Origin: Catajapyx aquilonaris
Lineage: Eukaryota
NCBI GenBank assembly: GCA_000934665.2
Contig: KZ538847.1
Location: 1 to 45,525, forward strand
Direction: 5' to 3'
DNA: 45,525 nucleotides
The notes under the pieces are model-generated. The model was not told the DNA's origin. It worked only from the letters and a program-made list of their open reading frames with translations, and searched no databases. How positions within the stretch are numbered: the first letter of the stretch is position 1; each line of letters begins with the position of its first letter. Position numbers and translations under genes: made by a program. Below, one piece after another: positions 23,736-37,568 of this stretch.

Positions 23736-25948
23736 GTGAGTATATGTGTAGATGAGTTGCATGTTGTGTTTATCAGCATGTAGTCTGTAGCAGTAGTTAA
23801 AATTAGAGGTGCAAGGGTCGATTTTGATGCTTATTTGGGGCATTGCATACTAACTGGAGTTGGTGCAAAAAATTTCAAGTCACAAGTGGAGGGAACTGGG
23901 TTTTTAAAAAGTGCCATTTCTGATGAAGTCCTCAGTCAGCATTATGCAATACAATTGGGAGAGGCACACAAATGAGCGTTTCCGTATTATGTAAGTCCCA
24001 CACCCATTTAGGCAGGGGTTTTGCGACTGGCATTTTCACCAGAAGATTCTTGTAACTTCATTGTTGCCCTATTCTACCAAGATGTCATACAGTATGGTAG
24101 AATTTATTGCTTAGAATATACCAGGCTTAAATTGGTTGTGATTCCATTCAGACCTACAGTAGTGTGTGACCTTGACTTGGAGGCTTAGTAGAGAGGTGGC
24201 CTTGGCGAAAATTGCAATGCTCCAATGACATGGTTGTGGTGGGATGCACATGGAAAATAGCTGAGGAGAGGAGCTGCCCACTTTTTGCTTGGGTGGTAAA
24301 ACTTTGTCTTTTTGTACCACAATTTTCTGTGGTACATGATAGAGTGTGAAAAAAATGCTGCCTGTTTGTGCCATTTTAAAAGTAAGAATATATATTGCAC
24401 CTGGTGGTGCACTGACCCTCATATTCCTTCCCCTCCACTCTGGAGGAGGCATAAAAAATGCAGCATGGCAGCTTGCTTGGTAGAAGGTATACAGGGACGA
24501 AGAGGCATTGGCAGAATCAAGTTGGGTCAATAAAGTGGATGATGCTAGTATTTTCCCTGGGATTGAGTCATGGTGTCATGGAGCATCGAAGGAAATTGGA
24601 TCGATTTTTAGTCCTCAGAGCACGTTAGTCACTGAATGATGCATTGCCATGATGGATAAGTTTGCAAATCATATGGTACCAAGTATTACTCGTAAAACGC
24701 AAAGTTGGTGTCTGGAATATTCCAGTCTGTACCCCGCAGAGGTTTCAACTTGAAGATCCATAATTATATTTAAATTAAATCTAAACCCATGAACAACTGT
24801 ATGTCTGTACCTTAATACATTATTCCCAGCACACTGGGGCTGTGAAAGAACCTGTACAGTATGCGACAGGAAGTAAATCTGTTTCACCTGCTCTCAAGGA
24901 CTGATATTTAAAGGAATGTAAAATTGGAGACCGCTTGAATCATTCCATCCATTTTATACTTGCCTTCGCGTACCATGGGAGTACTTTGCACTCGAGCACT
25001 AATGAGGTGCTTGGTTGTGAAGTTATTGTTCAAACCCCGGTGATATTCGTAGCTTGTAATATGGTGCCTGATATCAGCAATGTCAACAGGTAGGTCAGTT
25101 TCACATGCTTGTAAACTGTATGCAAAAGTGGTTCCGATTCATTTTCCACGAAATAATGAGGTGATGGCACACTTGATCCTCGCATTCATACATAACCGAA
25201 TTAGCCAGCTTCAAAGCTGGCCAAATGAACGGACAGTGCATATGCCCAAATGCTTTGCGATCATCCGCTCCATAGTTTAAAAAAACTGCGTAGATGCCCA
25301 GTGCATTCCTGCCACAATGATCAAAAGCCATTGAGTTAATAATGTTCATTTGAATCCGGTATTCTGGTCTTTGCAATGTTCCTCGGCGTCATCAAGTCAC
25401 ACACGCGTGTGAACCCAGGTTAACCCTAGGTCAAAAGTAGGTCAGATGCAAAACAAAACGCACGATGAGTAGACAGGTAAGGCTGTTGTCCTATATCGGT
25501 GGGGCGGTATACGCACCGAGGCGCCGGCGCCCCATGCCTATTGATTTCCCTGGCATCGGGAGGGAGTTTTTGGCAAAAGTGGGGTGGGTATGTGGCCTGG
25601 GAGGGAGGAGGTGGTGGTGGTGATGGGGAGTCAGGGTTGGAGCAGGAGGCGTCGTCCCCGATGACTTTTTAGTGGGCTCGGGTACGAAATTAGACTTCTT
25701 GGGGGCGGGCGGGAGAAGGGGGTGGAAAAAGTAAAAAAAAAAAAGGAGCGGGGTAGATTTTTGGGTGAGGGACACGCACTTATGCAAGGGATCCCACTCT
25801 TGCGAGGGTCGTCCGTCCTGTGAGAGGAGCAAGTGCGTGCTTTTGGGCGTGTGGTCATTCCCCGTTTGTGTGAGATATAGAAGGGGTTGTGGAGGGGAGG
25901 TAGGGGGGTGGAGTTGATTCCTCGGGGGTTGCGCTTGCGTGCGATTGC

Positions 25949-26111
25949 ATGGGCGACGGCGACGGCACCGACGCCGCCGCTGCTGCCGCCGCTGCTGCTT
26001 CTGGAGTAGTCGCCAGCACCCAGTCTTGCCTGGACTTTTTGGCCTGGACTGTGGGCGTGGTCGTCGTGGCTGCACTGGCCGGTGTCAAGATGGGGCTCAG
26101 TCGACAGGATT
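25949..26111 (+). CDS. Rtnl1: Reticulon alternative first coding exon (poly-Ala plus hydrophobic segment; second in-frame ATG at 26090)
   Basis: CpG-rich region. The ORF MGDGDGTDAAAAAAAAASG...KMGLSRQD ends at the phase-1 donor T|gtgagt, in frame with the RHD exon. Confidence 0.6.
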
Positions 26112-27668
26112 GTGAGTATCTCGCACCTCGGGAGGTTCGGGAATCACCTGTCGAACCTGGGGAAACGCAAGGAAAAGTCCGAACCAAATGGAGAGGGCTT
26201 CCTTTCCGAGGGTGGTGGTGAGGGGGTGGCGTCAGTTGGGGCGCCATGTTCCACGGGTGATGACTCCACCCTGGTTGTTTTTTATTCCATTCCCGAGGTG
26301 GCTATCGGGGCTGTAACCTGGGTTGACCCGGCCGGGGGTCATCATCGCAAAGGGGTTAAAATGGCGACGGGCCAACAAGGACGGCAACCCTCCCCAGCCA
26401 ATCCCCCCACCCGTCCGAAGATTTCGGGCATCATCGACATGGCGACGTTGGGGCCAGTTGCATTAGATATTCATTGGGTAAATCTTGTATCTGGGGCTGT
26501 GGGGCTCGAATATTGTCAGGTGCTGATCGATTCTGCCGGGAGGGTAATAACTACAGTAATTGATGCCTGCAAGGTGAAGGATCTCCATTGCGGTTCAGCT
26601 ACGGGTTTTGCAATGTCAGAGAGATCAACACGATTGAACCGTGGCCGAGCAAATATTGACGTCTGCGATGCTTTTTCAGCTTCGTCTGCCATGCAGGTCG
26701 ATGCGGATATGTATTTATTGGCTGTATGTAGGCCATACACGATAATGATTGATGTCCATTTCGTCGGGCACAATTCGCTTACGTAAATGACATAAGGGAC
26801 ACACTGGCGGTGTGCATCTCGTTATACCCGCAGTTTCGGGTTTGCCGGCATGAGAGGTGGGGAGGAGTGGTTGAAGGGGTTTGTCTAGGCTGCAGTTTAT
26901 TTTTGGGTGATGCCAAGAAGGAGCACAGTGTAGGATGGCATTGGGCAGCCACCTCTCAGGCGGTGGCATCGTGATAACCTGCGGGTACTATTAACAGCCG
27001 GGCAGTCGAAAGGACACTCGTGAAACCCAACCGTTTTGTCACATCCGTTGCGCAAGTTTTAGGGTAATGATTGAAAACACATGCGGGGAACCTGTTTGAT
27101 TTCGCAGTAAATGGTAAGTAGCCCCGGCCGGATGACGTCAGCCGGATTTACTCGGCTACATGGGGTAGCCTGCCCGAAACGAACTTCAAAATCAAGACTC
27201 GATTAACTCATGCGAACCTGCCGCTTCCGTTACATTGAAATAAACCACTGGGGATGTTGTGGAGGAAGAACTTTTTTTTATTTTAAAAAAGGGGGCGGGG
27301 GAGGGGGGGGNNNNNNNNNNNNNNNNNNNNNNNNNNNNNNNNNNNNNNNNNNNNNNNNNNNNNNNNNNNNNNNNNNNNNNNNNNNNNNNNNNNNNNNNNN
27401 NNNNNNNNNNNNNNNNNNNNNNNNNNNNNNNNNNNNNNNNNNNNNNNNNNNNNNNNNNNNNNNNNNNNNNNNNNNNNNNNNNNNNNNNNNNNNNNNNNNN
27501 NNNNCTTGCTGGTTGGCTGTCTGTCTGTCTAGTAAGCAAAGTGAGAGTGAGAAAGGGCAGATCGATTTGGCGTTGTGTAATATAAATCGAGGTTCTGAGG
27601 CCGACTTTTGCGCTCGGTGATCCGGATACGTGGCAAATTTTTGCGAGACGAACCAGGCCAGTTGCAGG

Positions 27669-27750
27669 ATGGGGCGTAGGAATAACAGGAGATCGGAAAA
27701 CGCGGAAGGAAAGGAGGAATATGAGGATTCGGTGCGGGACCATGGACCTG
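27669..27750 (+). CDS. Rtnl1: Reticulon short-isoform first coding exon (MGRRNNRRSENAEGKEEYEDSVRDHGP)
   Basis: AGGATGG start and strong phase-1 donor CTG|gtaagg, giving [12 protein letters not shown]. Confidence 0.75.
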
Positions 27751-28404
27751 GTAAGGGTAAACTTTTGGTGTGTCCATATGGTGGTCAAAAGAAAGGGTTT
27801 CGGCAGGACAAAGAGACGCGAAAAAATGGTGGGAGGGGGGGGGGGGNGGGGGGGGGGAAGGGCAATGCACTTAGGCCATTTGCATGGGGGAACACAGCTG
27901 ATGGCATATGGTGATCCATAAAAGGCCTGTGCATGCTGGTAGACAATTGAAGGCATTTACTCACATGTCAGGTGTTTATACTAGGAGAATGCATGATTCT
28001 AGGAAAACATAACATTTTTCGACAGGTGGATGACAATCAGTGAAGTGTGGCTCAAATATCGACTAAAATAAGACACCTTCCACTTAGGCCATGGTGCATC
28101 ACAGAATCATGTGATTATTGTAATAGCAATAATAATAATCATCATCATAATCCTATGGCCTCTTAGGGGGATTATTCAATGTCCAGTTTTATTGATAACC
28201 TCAGTGATGATTAAGTGTGAGAATGGGAGGAAGAGGAGATCCCAGATAACTGCCTAGTAGCCCCACATGCAAGTAATGCTAAGCAAATGAAAGCATCTTT
28301 CACCCACTATAACAAGAGTTTTTGTAGAATTATGAAAATTATGAGACGTAGTAGTGAGAACTGTGCACTACGTTATCCATAACTCTCTTCTCTCAATCAT
28401 TCAG

Positions 28405-28612
28405 TGGCTAACCTGGTGTACTGGCGGGACCCCAAGAAGTCGGGTGTGGTGTTTGGCACTGGGTTTGTGGTCCTCCTGTCCCTGGTGTACTTCTCCTTGA
28501 TCTCGGTACTTGCCTACCTGTCTTTGGCTGCCCTCTCTGTCGCCATATCGTTCCGCATCTACAAGAATGTGATCCAGGCTGTGCAAAAGACTCAGGATGG
28601 ACATCCTTTCAA
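28405..28612 (+). CDS. Rtnl1: Reticulon homology domain, exon A
   Basis: [17 protein letters not shown]...SLISVLAY...[21 protein letters not shown]; cag/gtgagt boundaries; 208 nt. Confidence 0.96.
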
Positions 28613-28674
28613 GTGAGTGTATATGCATGTTATTGTTAGAGCAGCTTACTAATCAACATATATGGTCAAACCAG

Positions 28675-28883
28675 GGATATCCTTGAGATGGATCTGACTC
28701 TGCCGAGCGACCGTGTCCACGAGTTTAGTGACATTGCAGTTGGGTATGCTAACAGCGTGGCTCAAGAGCTGCGGAGGCTGTTCCTTGTGGAGGACCTGGT
28801 GGACTCGCTCAAGTTTGGAGTCATGCTGTGGTGCCTGACCTATGTTGGCGCCTGGTTCAACGGACTCACCCTTGTCATCTTAG
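28675..28883 (+). CDS. Rtnl1: Reticulon homology domain, exon B
   Basis: DILEMDLTL...ELRRLFLVEDLVDSLKFGVMLWCLTYVGAWFNGLTLVIL; in frame across a 62-nt intron. Confidence 0.96.
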
Positions 28884-29324
28884 GTGGGTTAAGACTGTTG
28901 TGACTTGGTTCTTGTTGCTTGAAAGTTTCACTGCTATTTCTGTATGTGTCATGTACAACAGTACAACTTTCGAGCACCGTAATGTAAATGTGTGCATCTC
29001 TTAAACAGCCTTCAAATGTACAGTACTGGAAAAAAAGTGCTTGTACGCCAGCAAGCAGCGCACATGTGGGCGAGGGTGGAAGCATGCTCTACCATGACTT
29101 GACCATGCACACTTCCACCCTTGTGTACTTGTTGCTGCCTGCAGAGGTACAAGGCAGTTTTTTCCAGCATGTATGGTGGATTGCAATCTGGCGTCAGGGT
29201 GAATGTTCTTGTGGATAGGATGAAGACCTTAGAGGTGAAGATCATCTGGATTTAACCTGGGTTTCGGAGAGGGAGAATGTTTAAGTCCGAACTATACTAA
29301 AGAAATAGTGTTGCAGTGTCACTG

Positions 29325-29545
29325 CCAAAAATAATAGAATATCCATCATAAGGGGGTCCAAAGACTTCACTGGGAAAGCAAAGATGTCTTGAACCAATTC
29401 TATTGTGTACAGTAGTAGCAGGCATTATTTATTGCAGGCAGTAATTTGAATATCTCTATCATAAGATGGCATTGGTGGAGGGACATTCCCAGTTTCCCAG
29501 TGAAGACTTGGGACCTACCCAGGATGGATTGTCATCATATTTTTG
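29325..29545. repeat. Degenerate inverted repeat, probably an old MITE
   Basis: GGTCCAAAGACTTCACTGGGAAA (~29355-29378) vs TTTCCCAGTGAAGACTTGGGACC (~29493-29515). Confidence 0.5.
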
Positions 29546-29884
29546 TGTAGGATAGTACCTGCCTGTGAATCTGGAACACTTGGTGAAGTTATATGAGAGG
29601 ATGTTTTTGATTCCTTTCTGGCAGTGGTCTCAGGATAGGGTAAGACACCTACATAAAACAAGTCCATAGATATGCTACAGGATAGTGAGCCCAATAAATC
29701 TAGGTGAAGTTGTGCACTCTTTTTGTCACTACCCTGATCTGGAGAATACTTTAACGTCTACATTAATCACATAATACCCTCGTATGCTTTACTTGATTTG
29801 AGCCAATGATGAGCGTGACTTTTTTACCCTTGCAATTGGACAATATCAGGTCGCTGCTTTTAAATTTGGTCAAAGCACATGTCC

Positions 29885-30175
29885 ATACCTAGGTCTGGTC
29901 GCTTTAAACCAGTCACAGCTAGTTCTGGTCGTTCCTACTAATTAATATAGCCTACCTATGGATATGGAGGTGATGGGGTGATGGATTGAGCCCTTCGTGT
30001 TGGGGTTGCTGTAGAGTTTTTGGGTGATTGTATCAACAGTTCAAAAAGAATTGTCCGTCGCGTCGAGCGGGCAGCCACGCGTCAGGATGAAAGGAACCAG
30101 TTAACTGGTTCCACACCTGTACCAGATCCACATCTGTACCAGACCTAGGTCTGGCCGTTTTTTAAAAGCCTAACA
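29885..30175. mobile_element. Right part of the TGTTAGGC-terminus MITE family
   Basis: ~110 bp shared with 2243-2380; ends GCCTAACA-TATA; contains a perfect 20-bp palindrome at 30093-30112. Confidence 0.65.
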
Positions 30176-30785
30176 TATACATCACAGTAAAGGAGGCATG
30201 CACAGCATTTTGTCAGTGTATACTTTTTATTCCTATTTGAGCCCAAAAGCTGCAGTTTAAAATATTGTGCAGTGTTTACTTCCACATTGCATTTACCCCC
30301 ATCTGTGCATGGCAGTGGAGAGTATCCCATGTTTTCCCAAAATTTTGCTGTTGTATATTACCATGCATCATGGTTCTGCGTACATATCCTAGTTCCTAAT
30401 TTTGTCTGGTATAATAGTTGTCAGAAAGAAAGTTGTCAGGAGCAGTAATTTTTCTGATAAGTTAAGTAATTGTATTGGAGTGTTAACTTTCAAACTTGGC
30501 AGTAGCATCTGCTGTTCAGTTGCCCTTAAAGGAAAAATTAAGCAAAGTCTCATTTGGGGAGATAATGCTAGTTCATTGAAATAAAGGATCCTAACAAGTA
30601 TGAAGGGGAATCTGCGCATGCTTTTTTTGCTAACGAGTTCGTAATTTCAAATGCATGGTAGTGTAGGCTGGAAAAGTAAAAAGTAAACACTGAAACATGT
30701 TTCCTTATCTGAAAGATAATATGTGCCTCTTACTCTCTTAGCAGTTTGAAATTTTGTAATTTTTCTAGTTTCAAACTACCACATA

Positions 30786-31010
30786 CAGGTTCATGGGTTG
30801 TTTTTAGTTATAGGAAATTTTGCTCGAAACGGTTATTTTTTGTAGCTTGTTGCACCCCTAACCAGGTGCCCTATTTTATAGCAACTGCTATATTCAACCA
30901 CCTGGGAGTAATGGGGCACCTGGATCGGGATCCAACAATACACACACAAATAACTACTACAGGTGATATTGGTGATGACTAAAAACGACCCATGAACTTG
31001 GAACACCCTG
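30786..31010. mobile_element. Tc1-type MITE (left TIR partly deleted)
   Basis: TA-CAG..GTTCATGGGTTGTTTTTAGT vs ACTAAAAACGACCCATGAACTTGGAACACCCTG-TA. Confidence 0.65.
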
Positions 31011-31611
31011 TATATATGCTGAGAACCTGCACTAGTTATCATTTCAATTTTTAAGACATTGGTAGATGATGCCCAATTTTTCACTTCACATACAGTAGTG
31101 TTCACTCTTTTGGATAGCTAATGAACTAGACTATTGTACCTCCACTTTCTTGTTAAAATGCCCAATTTGAAGGAAGGTTACACCACAATCTGTATTGTGC
31201 AGTGCATTTATTAAATATCAGTTTTGTGTTTGACACTGTCAGCCACCATTGCCATAAAAACTGGATGAAAATTATTCCCAATTCCTAGCACATTTTGTGG
31301 ACATTTGAAACTTGAAAAAATCTGTGCTCTGATCCCATTGTCTCAGACCAGAAACCCTGTTCTGCAATTTATTCTTTCCCTCTTCTATTGAACACCACTA
31401 AGCATCAGTGCACCAAAAATCTTGACCCCATAAGCAAAACAAGGCATACTGCAGATTCCTTGGTAGTTTTCTTGTAAACTACAAAGGTTACAGCAATAAT
31501 GCCTCTGCTATACATGCTCCTCTCTAACAATGCAGGATGGTATGATCTACAAAATGGCTAAAAAATTTACTACTACTAAGTCTTAACAATCTCTTTCCTC
31601 TCCTTTCACAG

Positions 31612-31717
31612 CTTTTGTGGCTATCTTCACCCTGCCCAAGGTCTACGAGACCAACAAGACTCAGATTGACCAGAACTTGGATTTTGTGAGGAGCAAGTTT
31701 AACGAGGTATCAACTAA
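31612..31717 (+). CDS. Rtnl1: Reticulon homology domain, exon C
   Basis: AFVAIFTLPKVYETNKTQIDQNLDFVRSKFNEVST; tttcacag/gtaagt boundaries. Confidence 0.95.
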
Positions 31718-31799
31718 GTAAGTGCATTCCACTATACTGAAGTGCCCTTTTGACATGCTAGTTTTCTTTGCTAACAACATATTATTGTGTCCCATAAAG

Positions 31800-31845
31800 G
31801 GTTAAGTCAGCCATACCTCTTGGAAAGAAGGAGAAGGAGCAGTGA
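31800..31845 (+). CDS. Rtnl1: Reticulon last coding exon (KVKSAIPLGKKEKEQ*)
   Basis: Phase-2 join, typical reticulon IP..KK C-terminus, TGA at 31843-31845. Confidence 0.9.
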
Positions 31846-34795
31846 GCAACCTGTGAGAGTCAAAAGCATGATTCGATGTTTTTGAAAGAGAGAAGAGCAG
31901 AGAAAAGTTGATTGGGAGCGTTTTCCGTGCAAGAAGAATGAAGTTTTTTCAGTTTCTCATTTTTTTTTTTTATTTGTTCATTCAGTGAAAAAAGAAAATG
32001 GAGATAAGAAGATCGGGCTTGCGGCCAACATTTGGTGAAGAAGACTTTGTATCGAACTTCAGTGTCTTTATCCACATCCCTTCACCCACACCAGTTTAAT
32101 TTCAAAAATGTTTTGTTTTTCCATGGTAAAAATCTCACCAACACTTCCCTCCTCCCCTTCCCCTAAAATGATATTCCAAGCATGGAAAATGTGTTTTGTA
32201 ACCTTTTTTTTAAAACAAATCAGTACCTTAGCGTGACACTTGTCATTGTAGGTTAGGTGAATACTTGCCCAGAGATTGAAAAAAAAGGGGGAAAAAATCA
32301 TAACCCACGTCTTTCAAAAAAGTTTTTAAAATACCGGAGAGGGGGAAAGAGCACAATTGCCTGGGAAAATATTTTCCCTCCCCAATCTGAAGTACTTGGT
32401 TTATTCCCCTTCCACCTCACCTGCCCCTTTCCTTCCCTGACCTGTTCCCCAATCCTCTCTTTCCTTTGACATGAACAGTGTGGTTGTGTATATCTTGAAG
32501 TTCCATGTGTGTGTTTTTTTGTTTGTTTATTTTATTTTTTTCGTTTTGTAAAGGCCTGGAAAGTGGCAGCCGTTATTTAATTAGTGATATTTTCCGCCTC
32601 CTTTGTTTAAAATTGTAGCGTTATGGATCTCTGTCCAGGATGTTTCATTGGATGTGGTTTTTTTTATAAAAAAATTGTTGATTTTTCTTGGAAATACATT
32701 GACCTATGATACCACAAATCTGTAAACTTGGTAATCGGGGCGCTCAACTCGGGGGGCCAGTGAATAATTAAAGGGGTGTAAATGTTACTTTTTTGCTTTA
32801 GACTTGCTATCCCCTATTGTGTGGGCAAAAAAAAATTTGGAATGGTACAAATGGATGGACGTAACCGGGAAATGGTTTTAAAAAGGATTCCGATTGATTG
32901 TTAATGACAGTGTTAGCCATTTTTTGAAGGAAGAAAAGAAGTATAAACGTCGTTTTTTCATTATTGTGATATGTGCTATGAGAGTTGAGGAGTCCTGTTA
33001 CTATTGGCGTTGATGTGCAAAGTCCCTTTTAATCCTGATAACCTCTGTTTTCACTATCACAGGCAAAGTTAAACTTTTCTAGGCATAATAGGGCACACTC
33101 GAGTTAACTACCATTTTGAGAGCAATTTATATGTTTGGAGGAAAAAAAAAGTGGTTTTGTCTTAAAAAGAAGCTTGAGGCCATCCTTGAAGAACTTCACT
33201 CGCATTCTGTATGCATGATCTTACCTCACCTAAATAATTTTGTACCTCCCTCCCTCTCAAAAGTATTACGCTAGCACCATTATCTCATACAATTGTAATG
33301 GTTATTACTGATTCAATAAGACAATGTCGGCTCTAACATATTTTTTTCCCCCTTCTTTCTTTGGGGTGATGGGACAGGTTGGCGGTAGGGGGGTGAGCCC
33401 AAAAGCCCTACTCCCCAGTTACCAATTCTTGAGCATAAACCTCATGGTGGGCCATACCCCTCCCTCGTTGACCCTTCCCTCCGCCCCCACTTGAGGGATG
33501 ACCTTCATGGATGGCCCCTCCGATATCAAAAATGACACCTGCCCCCCCTTCCCCTACCACCTTCTTCTACACACAAGCTTTATGAAGCATTATTCTGTTA
33601 TTTTGGAACTTGTTGAAGTTTCAGGATTTTATGTAATGCTGTGTGCTTTGTACACTGATATTCAAGGAATTAAAGATATGGTAGAATCCACAATCGCTTG
33701 AATAATAGTTTTTTTCTTTCTTTCTTTTTTGGCATCAGTGTGGATATTGCAGAAGTTGAGTATGTAACTGAGGACCTGGATGCCCTAATTTTGCCAAGCA
33801 CCATGGAGCTAACCCAAAATGTTGGTGATTTGCCCGAAGGGAGTTTTATTTTGGGAGGGCAGGGTTCTTTGGGATGACATGGAATGAAGAAGAGGATAGT
33901 TTTGGGCAAGCATAGGAAGGGTGTGCCAGGCAGGTTGCAGTAATTGGCAGGTCAGGACAAAAGGGAGAGGTGCCAAGGATAATTGCATCAAGTAGGGCGC
34001 GGGTGCGATGGACTCGCAACATGCAGCCATTGTAAGACATTAGATCACGTACCGTATGCGTGTTGGAGATACGATACGGTAATGTGACATCATATGTTAA
34101 TGTCTATGAGTGGAGGTTGCAACAGTTGTCCGCCATATTGTATCCAATTTAATATTTGACAACTCGCACGCTTTCGTTAGTGGTGTGTACGTTAATGACG
34201 TCAATTTGGCATTATGCCCCTAGAACTTTTGAATAAAATGTGAGGCCGTTTCAGATACCGTGGATGTCAGCCAGAAATTCAACCACTTTTCGTATTTCCA
34301 TGGAGATGGCCCTCATGCAACAATAGGAGTAAACATCAGTTTCCGATTGTTGAAACTGTCTACTCCACAGGTGCATTCACTTATGTCCGTTGACTGTGCC
34401 TATTTATCAGGGATTTAAACTTGGTTTAAAAAATAAAAACGTCATGGCCACTCGTCCATTGTTTTCCATAAAGAAGCAAAAATTGACAACTATACTTTTT
34501 CCCTGACCTCGAAAAAAACCCAATCACCATGATTTGTTATTATTTAAACTTTCTTGGCCTCTATAACACGAATTGACTCGCATGCACCATTGAATTTCAT
34601 CAAATTTCATCCTTTCGCAGGTTGGGAACCCGTGGGAACCACATTATATGTAACCAGCAGTTATTTAAACATTCCACTGAAAAGCAACCCGTTCGATTCA
34701 TTTTGTTCCCATGAAGCTCTCACACTCGAGCCTTGCTATTTGCCAACGACAGCAGTCACAGCAGCATCACTCATGTCTCACACTATCGTCATCAC

Positions 34796-34943
34796 CAAGG
34801 GGGTAATCACTCGACTGAAAAGTGTACACTGGAGTACCAAATTAAAGGCGTACCACGGAGTAATAAAGAGTGAGGTGCCTGAGGAGTACCAGGGAGTACC
34901 ACTCCCAGGTGTACACCGGAGTACCGAAGTGATTACCCCCTTG
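34796..34943. mobile_element. 148-bp MITE with 8-bp TSD (P-element-like CAA..TTG termini)
   Basis: TIR CAAGGGGGTAATCACT / AGTGATTACCCCCTTG, perfect TSD GTCATCAC (34788-34795, 34944-34951), internal GGAGTACC repeats. Confidence 0.85.
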
Positions 34944-35286
34944 GTCATCACTTTGTCACTCTCCCTTTATATTGCATGAGCGTGCATCGCACGTGTCCCA
35001 GTAGAACGCAGTGGAACAAGATCGGATCAAAAATGTCCGTCAGACAGCCTACCCATTCGGTTGCAGCCATTTTACTCCGAAGAAAACTCTTTCTAGCGCA
35101 TGCGTGACCTTCTTGACGTCCTCGGGAGCTACCGTCGTACATGCGCGCCCCCCCCCCCCCCCCNCCCCCCCCCCCCCCCCCCCCCGGTATCACCAGTGGG
35201 GAGGGCAGAAAGATAGGGCAGCGGGCAGCCAAGCACAAGTCGGTGTCCGGCTCTCAGCTGCTCTAGTCCATCTCTGCAGTAGGACC

Positions 35287-35529
35287 ATGGCAAGCAAGAC
35301 GATTGATCATGAGAAACGCAAACAAATCAGTGTGCGAGGGATCGCTCAGGTGGAGAATGTGGCCAACGTCAAAAAGTCTTTCAATCGACATGTACATTAC
35401 ACTCTAGTCAAAGACAGAAATGTTGCCACCACTAGAGACTACTACTTTGCATTGGCCCACACTGTCAAAGATCATCTGGTGTCTAGATGGATCAGGACGC
35501 AGCAGAACTGGTACGACAAGGATCCCAAG
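35287..35529 (+). CDS. GlyP: Glycogen phosphorylase, coding exon 1
   Basis: ACCATGG start; [10 protein letters not shown] (regulatory phospho-Ser motif), [17 protein letters not shown]; donor AAG|gtatgc. Confidence 0.97.
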
Positions 35530-37568
35530 GTATGCTGACAATGGTGTGAGAGTATATTATGTGAGCTTGTCATTCAGCAGGGAGGGGATAGTGCAGCATA
35601 GGTTAAATAGGACAAGTCTTGCAGGTTTGTCAAGAAGCACTGCTGATAAGTCAAATCCAAACTGACATAAGATTGCAACATTAAGGAACTTTTTAACATT
35701 ATTAGTAGCAGAATTCTGGCTCATTTTAGTGCAGATGAAATGTTAGTGTATGGGGGGTCATGGAAAAGTGGCAGGTGTGTACTATCTCTATGTAAGGCCA
35801 TTTTTTTCCTGTGTGAAAATAGCTTGTAGCATTGGCAAAAGATGGCAATGTAAGAGTTAAAGATGAAGTGAAAATTTCAGTATTATTGTGTCACAGAGAG
35901 GAGGAAAGTGCTCAGAGTTATTAGCTCTAGGTTGTACTGAAAATCATACCTAATACGGAGAAATCTCAAGGTAATTTGCGCAAGGAAGGTGCAGAGGATG
36001 GTCTTGTCACCAGTAGTTAAAAAGTTACAGGAGGAAGAAAAGATGGGAGACTTCCTGTACATGCGGTCACTTCAAGGCCAGTTATTGGCAGGGTTCCAGT
36101 CACCTTTTTATGAGTTCTTACACAACTGAGTGGTATGCTTAAGACAATGTCACTGGCATTGATGCACTTGAAACCATTTTGCAAGGATTTCTGGTTGTAT
36201 AGAACTTTGGCTGCATGAGAAAATGGATTAAGAGTTCGTTAAGCATGGTGGGAGGAGAGACTTTCCCATATGTTCAAAGTGGACCTATGCCAATTGGTTA
36301 CCAAAGCATGCTACTGTCCCATCAATAACATAATTCGCTTAATGTGATTAGCCATGCATATCTAGGGTGTTAACATTATAAGGTATGGTAGCTAGTTGTG
36401 CTTAGAATGCTACCCAGATCGAGATATTTATTTTTACAATCTAAATTGTACTTCTAATATTATGATTGGTGGTGCCCATTTAAATTTTATGGGGGTTGGA
36501 GAAAAGTGTCACACTCCATAATTATTACATTCATTATGCTGTCATTTGATGGATGATGTGTCTGAACTGGACAAGTGAACTTTTGGTGAATGGAAGCTAG
36601 TGCTGATACCTCAAGTGTTAGATATTGTAATCTCATGTCACATGCGTGATGTCACATATGATCGGCGCACACACATTCATATAATTGCTAATTGCTTAAT
36701 GATGATATATCAGTTATGTGAAATACTTTAGCAATTGATAAGATACACATTGCTTGAAGTTCAGTGTTAGAATAGAGTTGGCACACATGAGAGTTTGTAA
36801 GTGAAAAACCGCTTATCTCATGTTCGGCTTTTAGTGATAAAAATACGGATGTGGGTTTTAAAATAAGCAAGTATGACATTGCGAATTGGCATGTGTACTA
36901 CGAACTGACGAATCTCATAACTACAGCGTATGTAACATATTCACTGCTTGTTGCATTCATGAATCAAATGAATAAACTTGCAGAATACATATGCTGATTT
37001 TCTATGCACAGGTGTTGGAACATGCCCTGATATTAAGCTTTAACATGTCTTGACCATGATTGCCTTGGCACTATAACATCGTCAATTACGTTTACATGTG
37101 AAAAATTAAACAGAGTTAAATTCAGCATCGAAAAGTGGTGAATATTGTGCATGAATGTTTCATGGCAGTCATATAGAAATTCAATATGCTTAATATTGAA
37201 GTTCCTAATTTCAGAAGACTCTTATATGGAGTGGCTCATGGAAAATTAATGGGTGGAATTTTCGTCATACTACTATTAACTATAGTTACTGCCAACGTAG
37301 CAGTACCATTGCACTACACTGGTACTGCTAAGTTAGAAATAACTAATATGACGACGAAAATTCGACATTGTTTTCAGAAAGGAGATTTCATGAGTAGTAA
37401 ATTGGAGGAAATTGCTTGAGTAAGACCTGTGGTACAGGTTACATCAATTGGTGAAGGTCTTACCTGCGCCTGCCTTGTTTCAGTACTTTCATTCCGCCAC
37501 GGAGGTCTTACTACCCTTTTTTTCGCTGAGGGGAATGTTTTTGCTCTTATTGACATATATAAGATATA

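Noticed and set aside
25491..26247. Pro/His/Arg-rich minus-strand ORFs
   Set aside because: Antisense shadows of a G-rich promoter and the GCN repeat.
26082..26786. 234-aa plus-strand ORF
   Set aside because: No recognisable domain; GC-rich sequence running through a reticulon donor site.
27111..27119. ATG|gtaagt mini first exon
   Set aside because: A phase-0 donor is incompatible with the phase-1 RHD acceptor.
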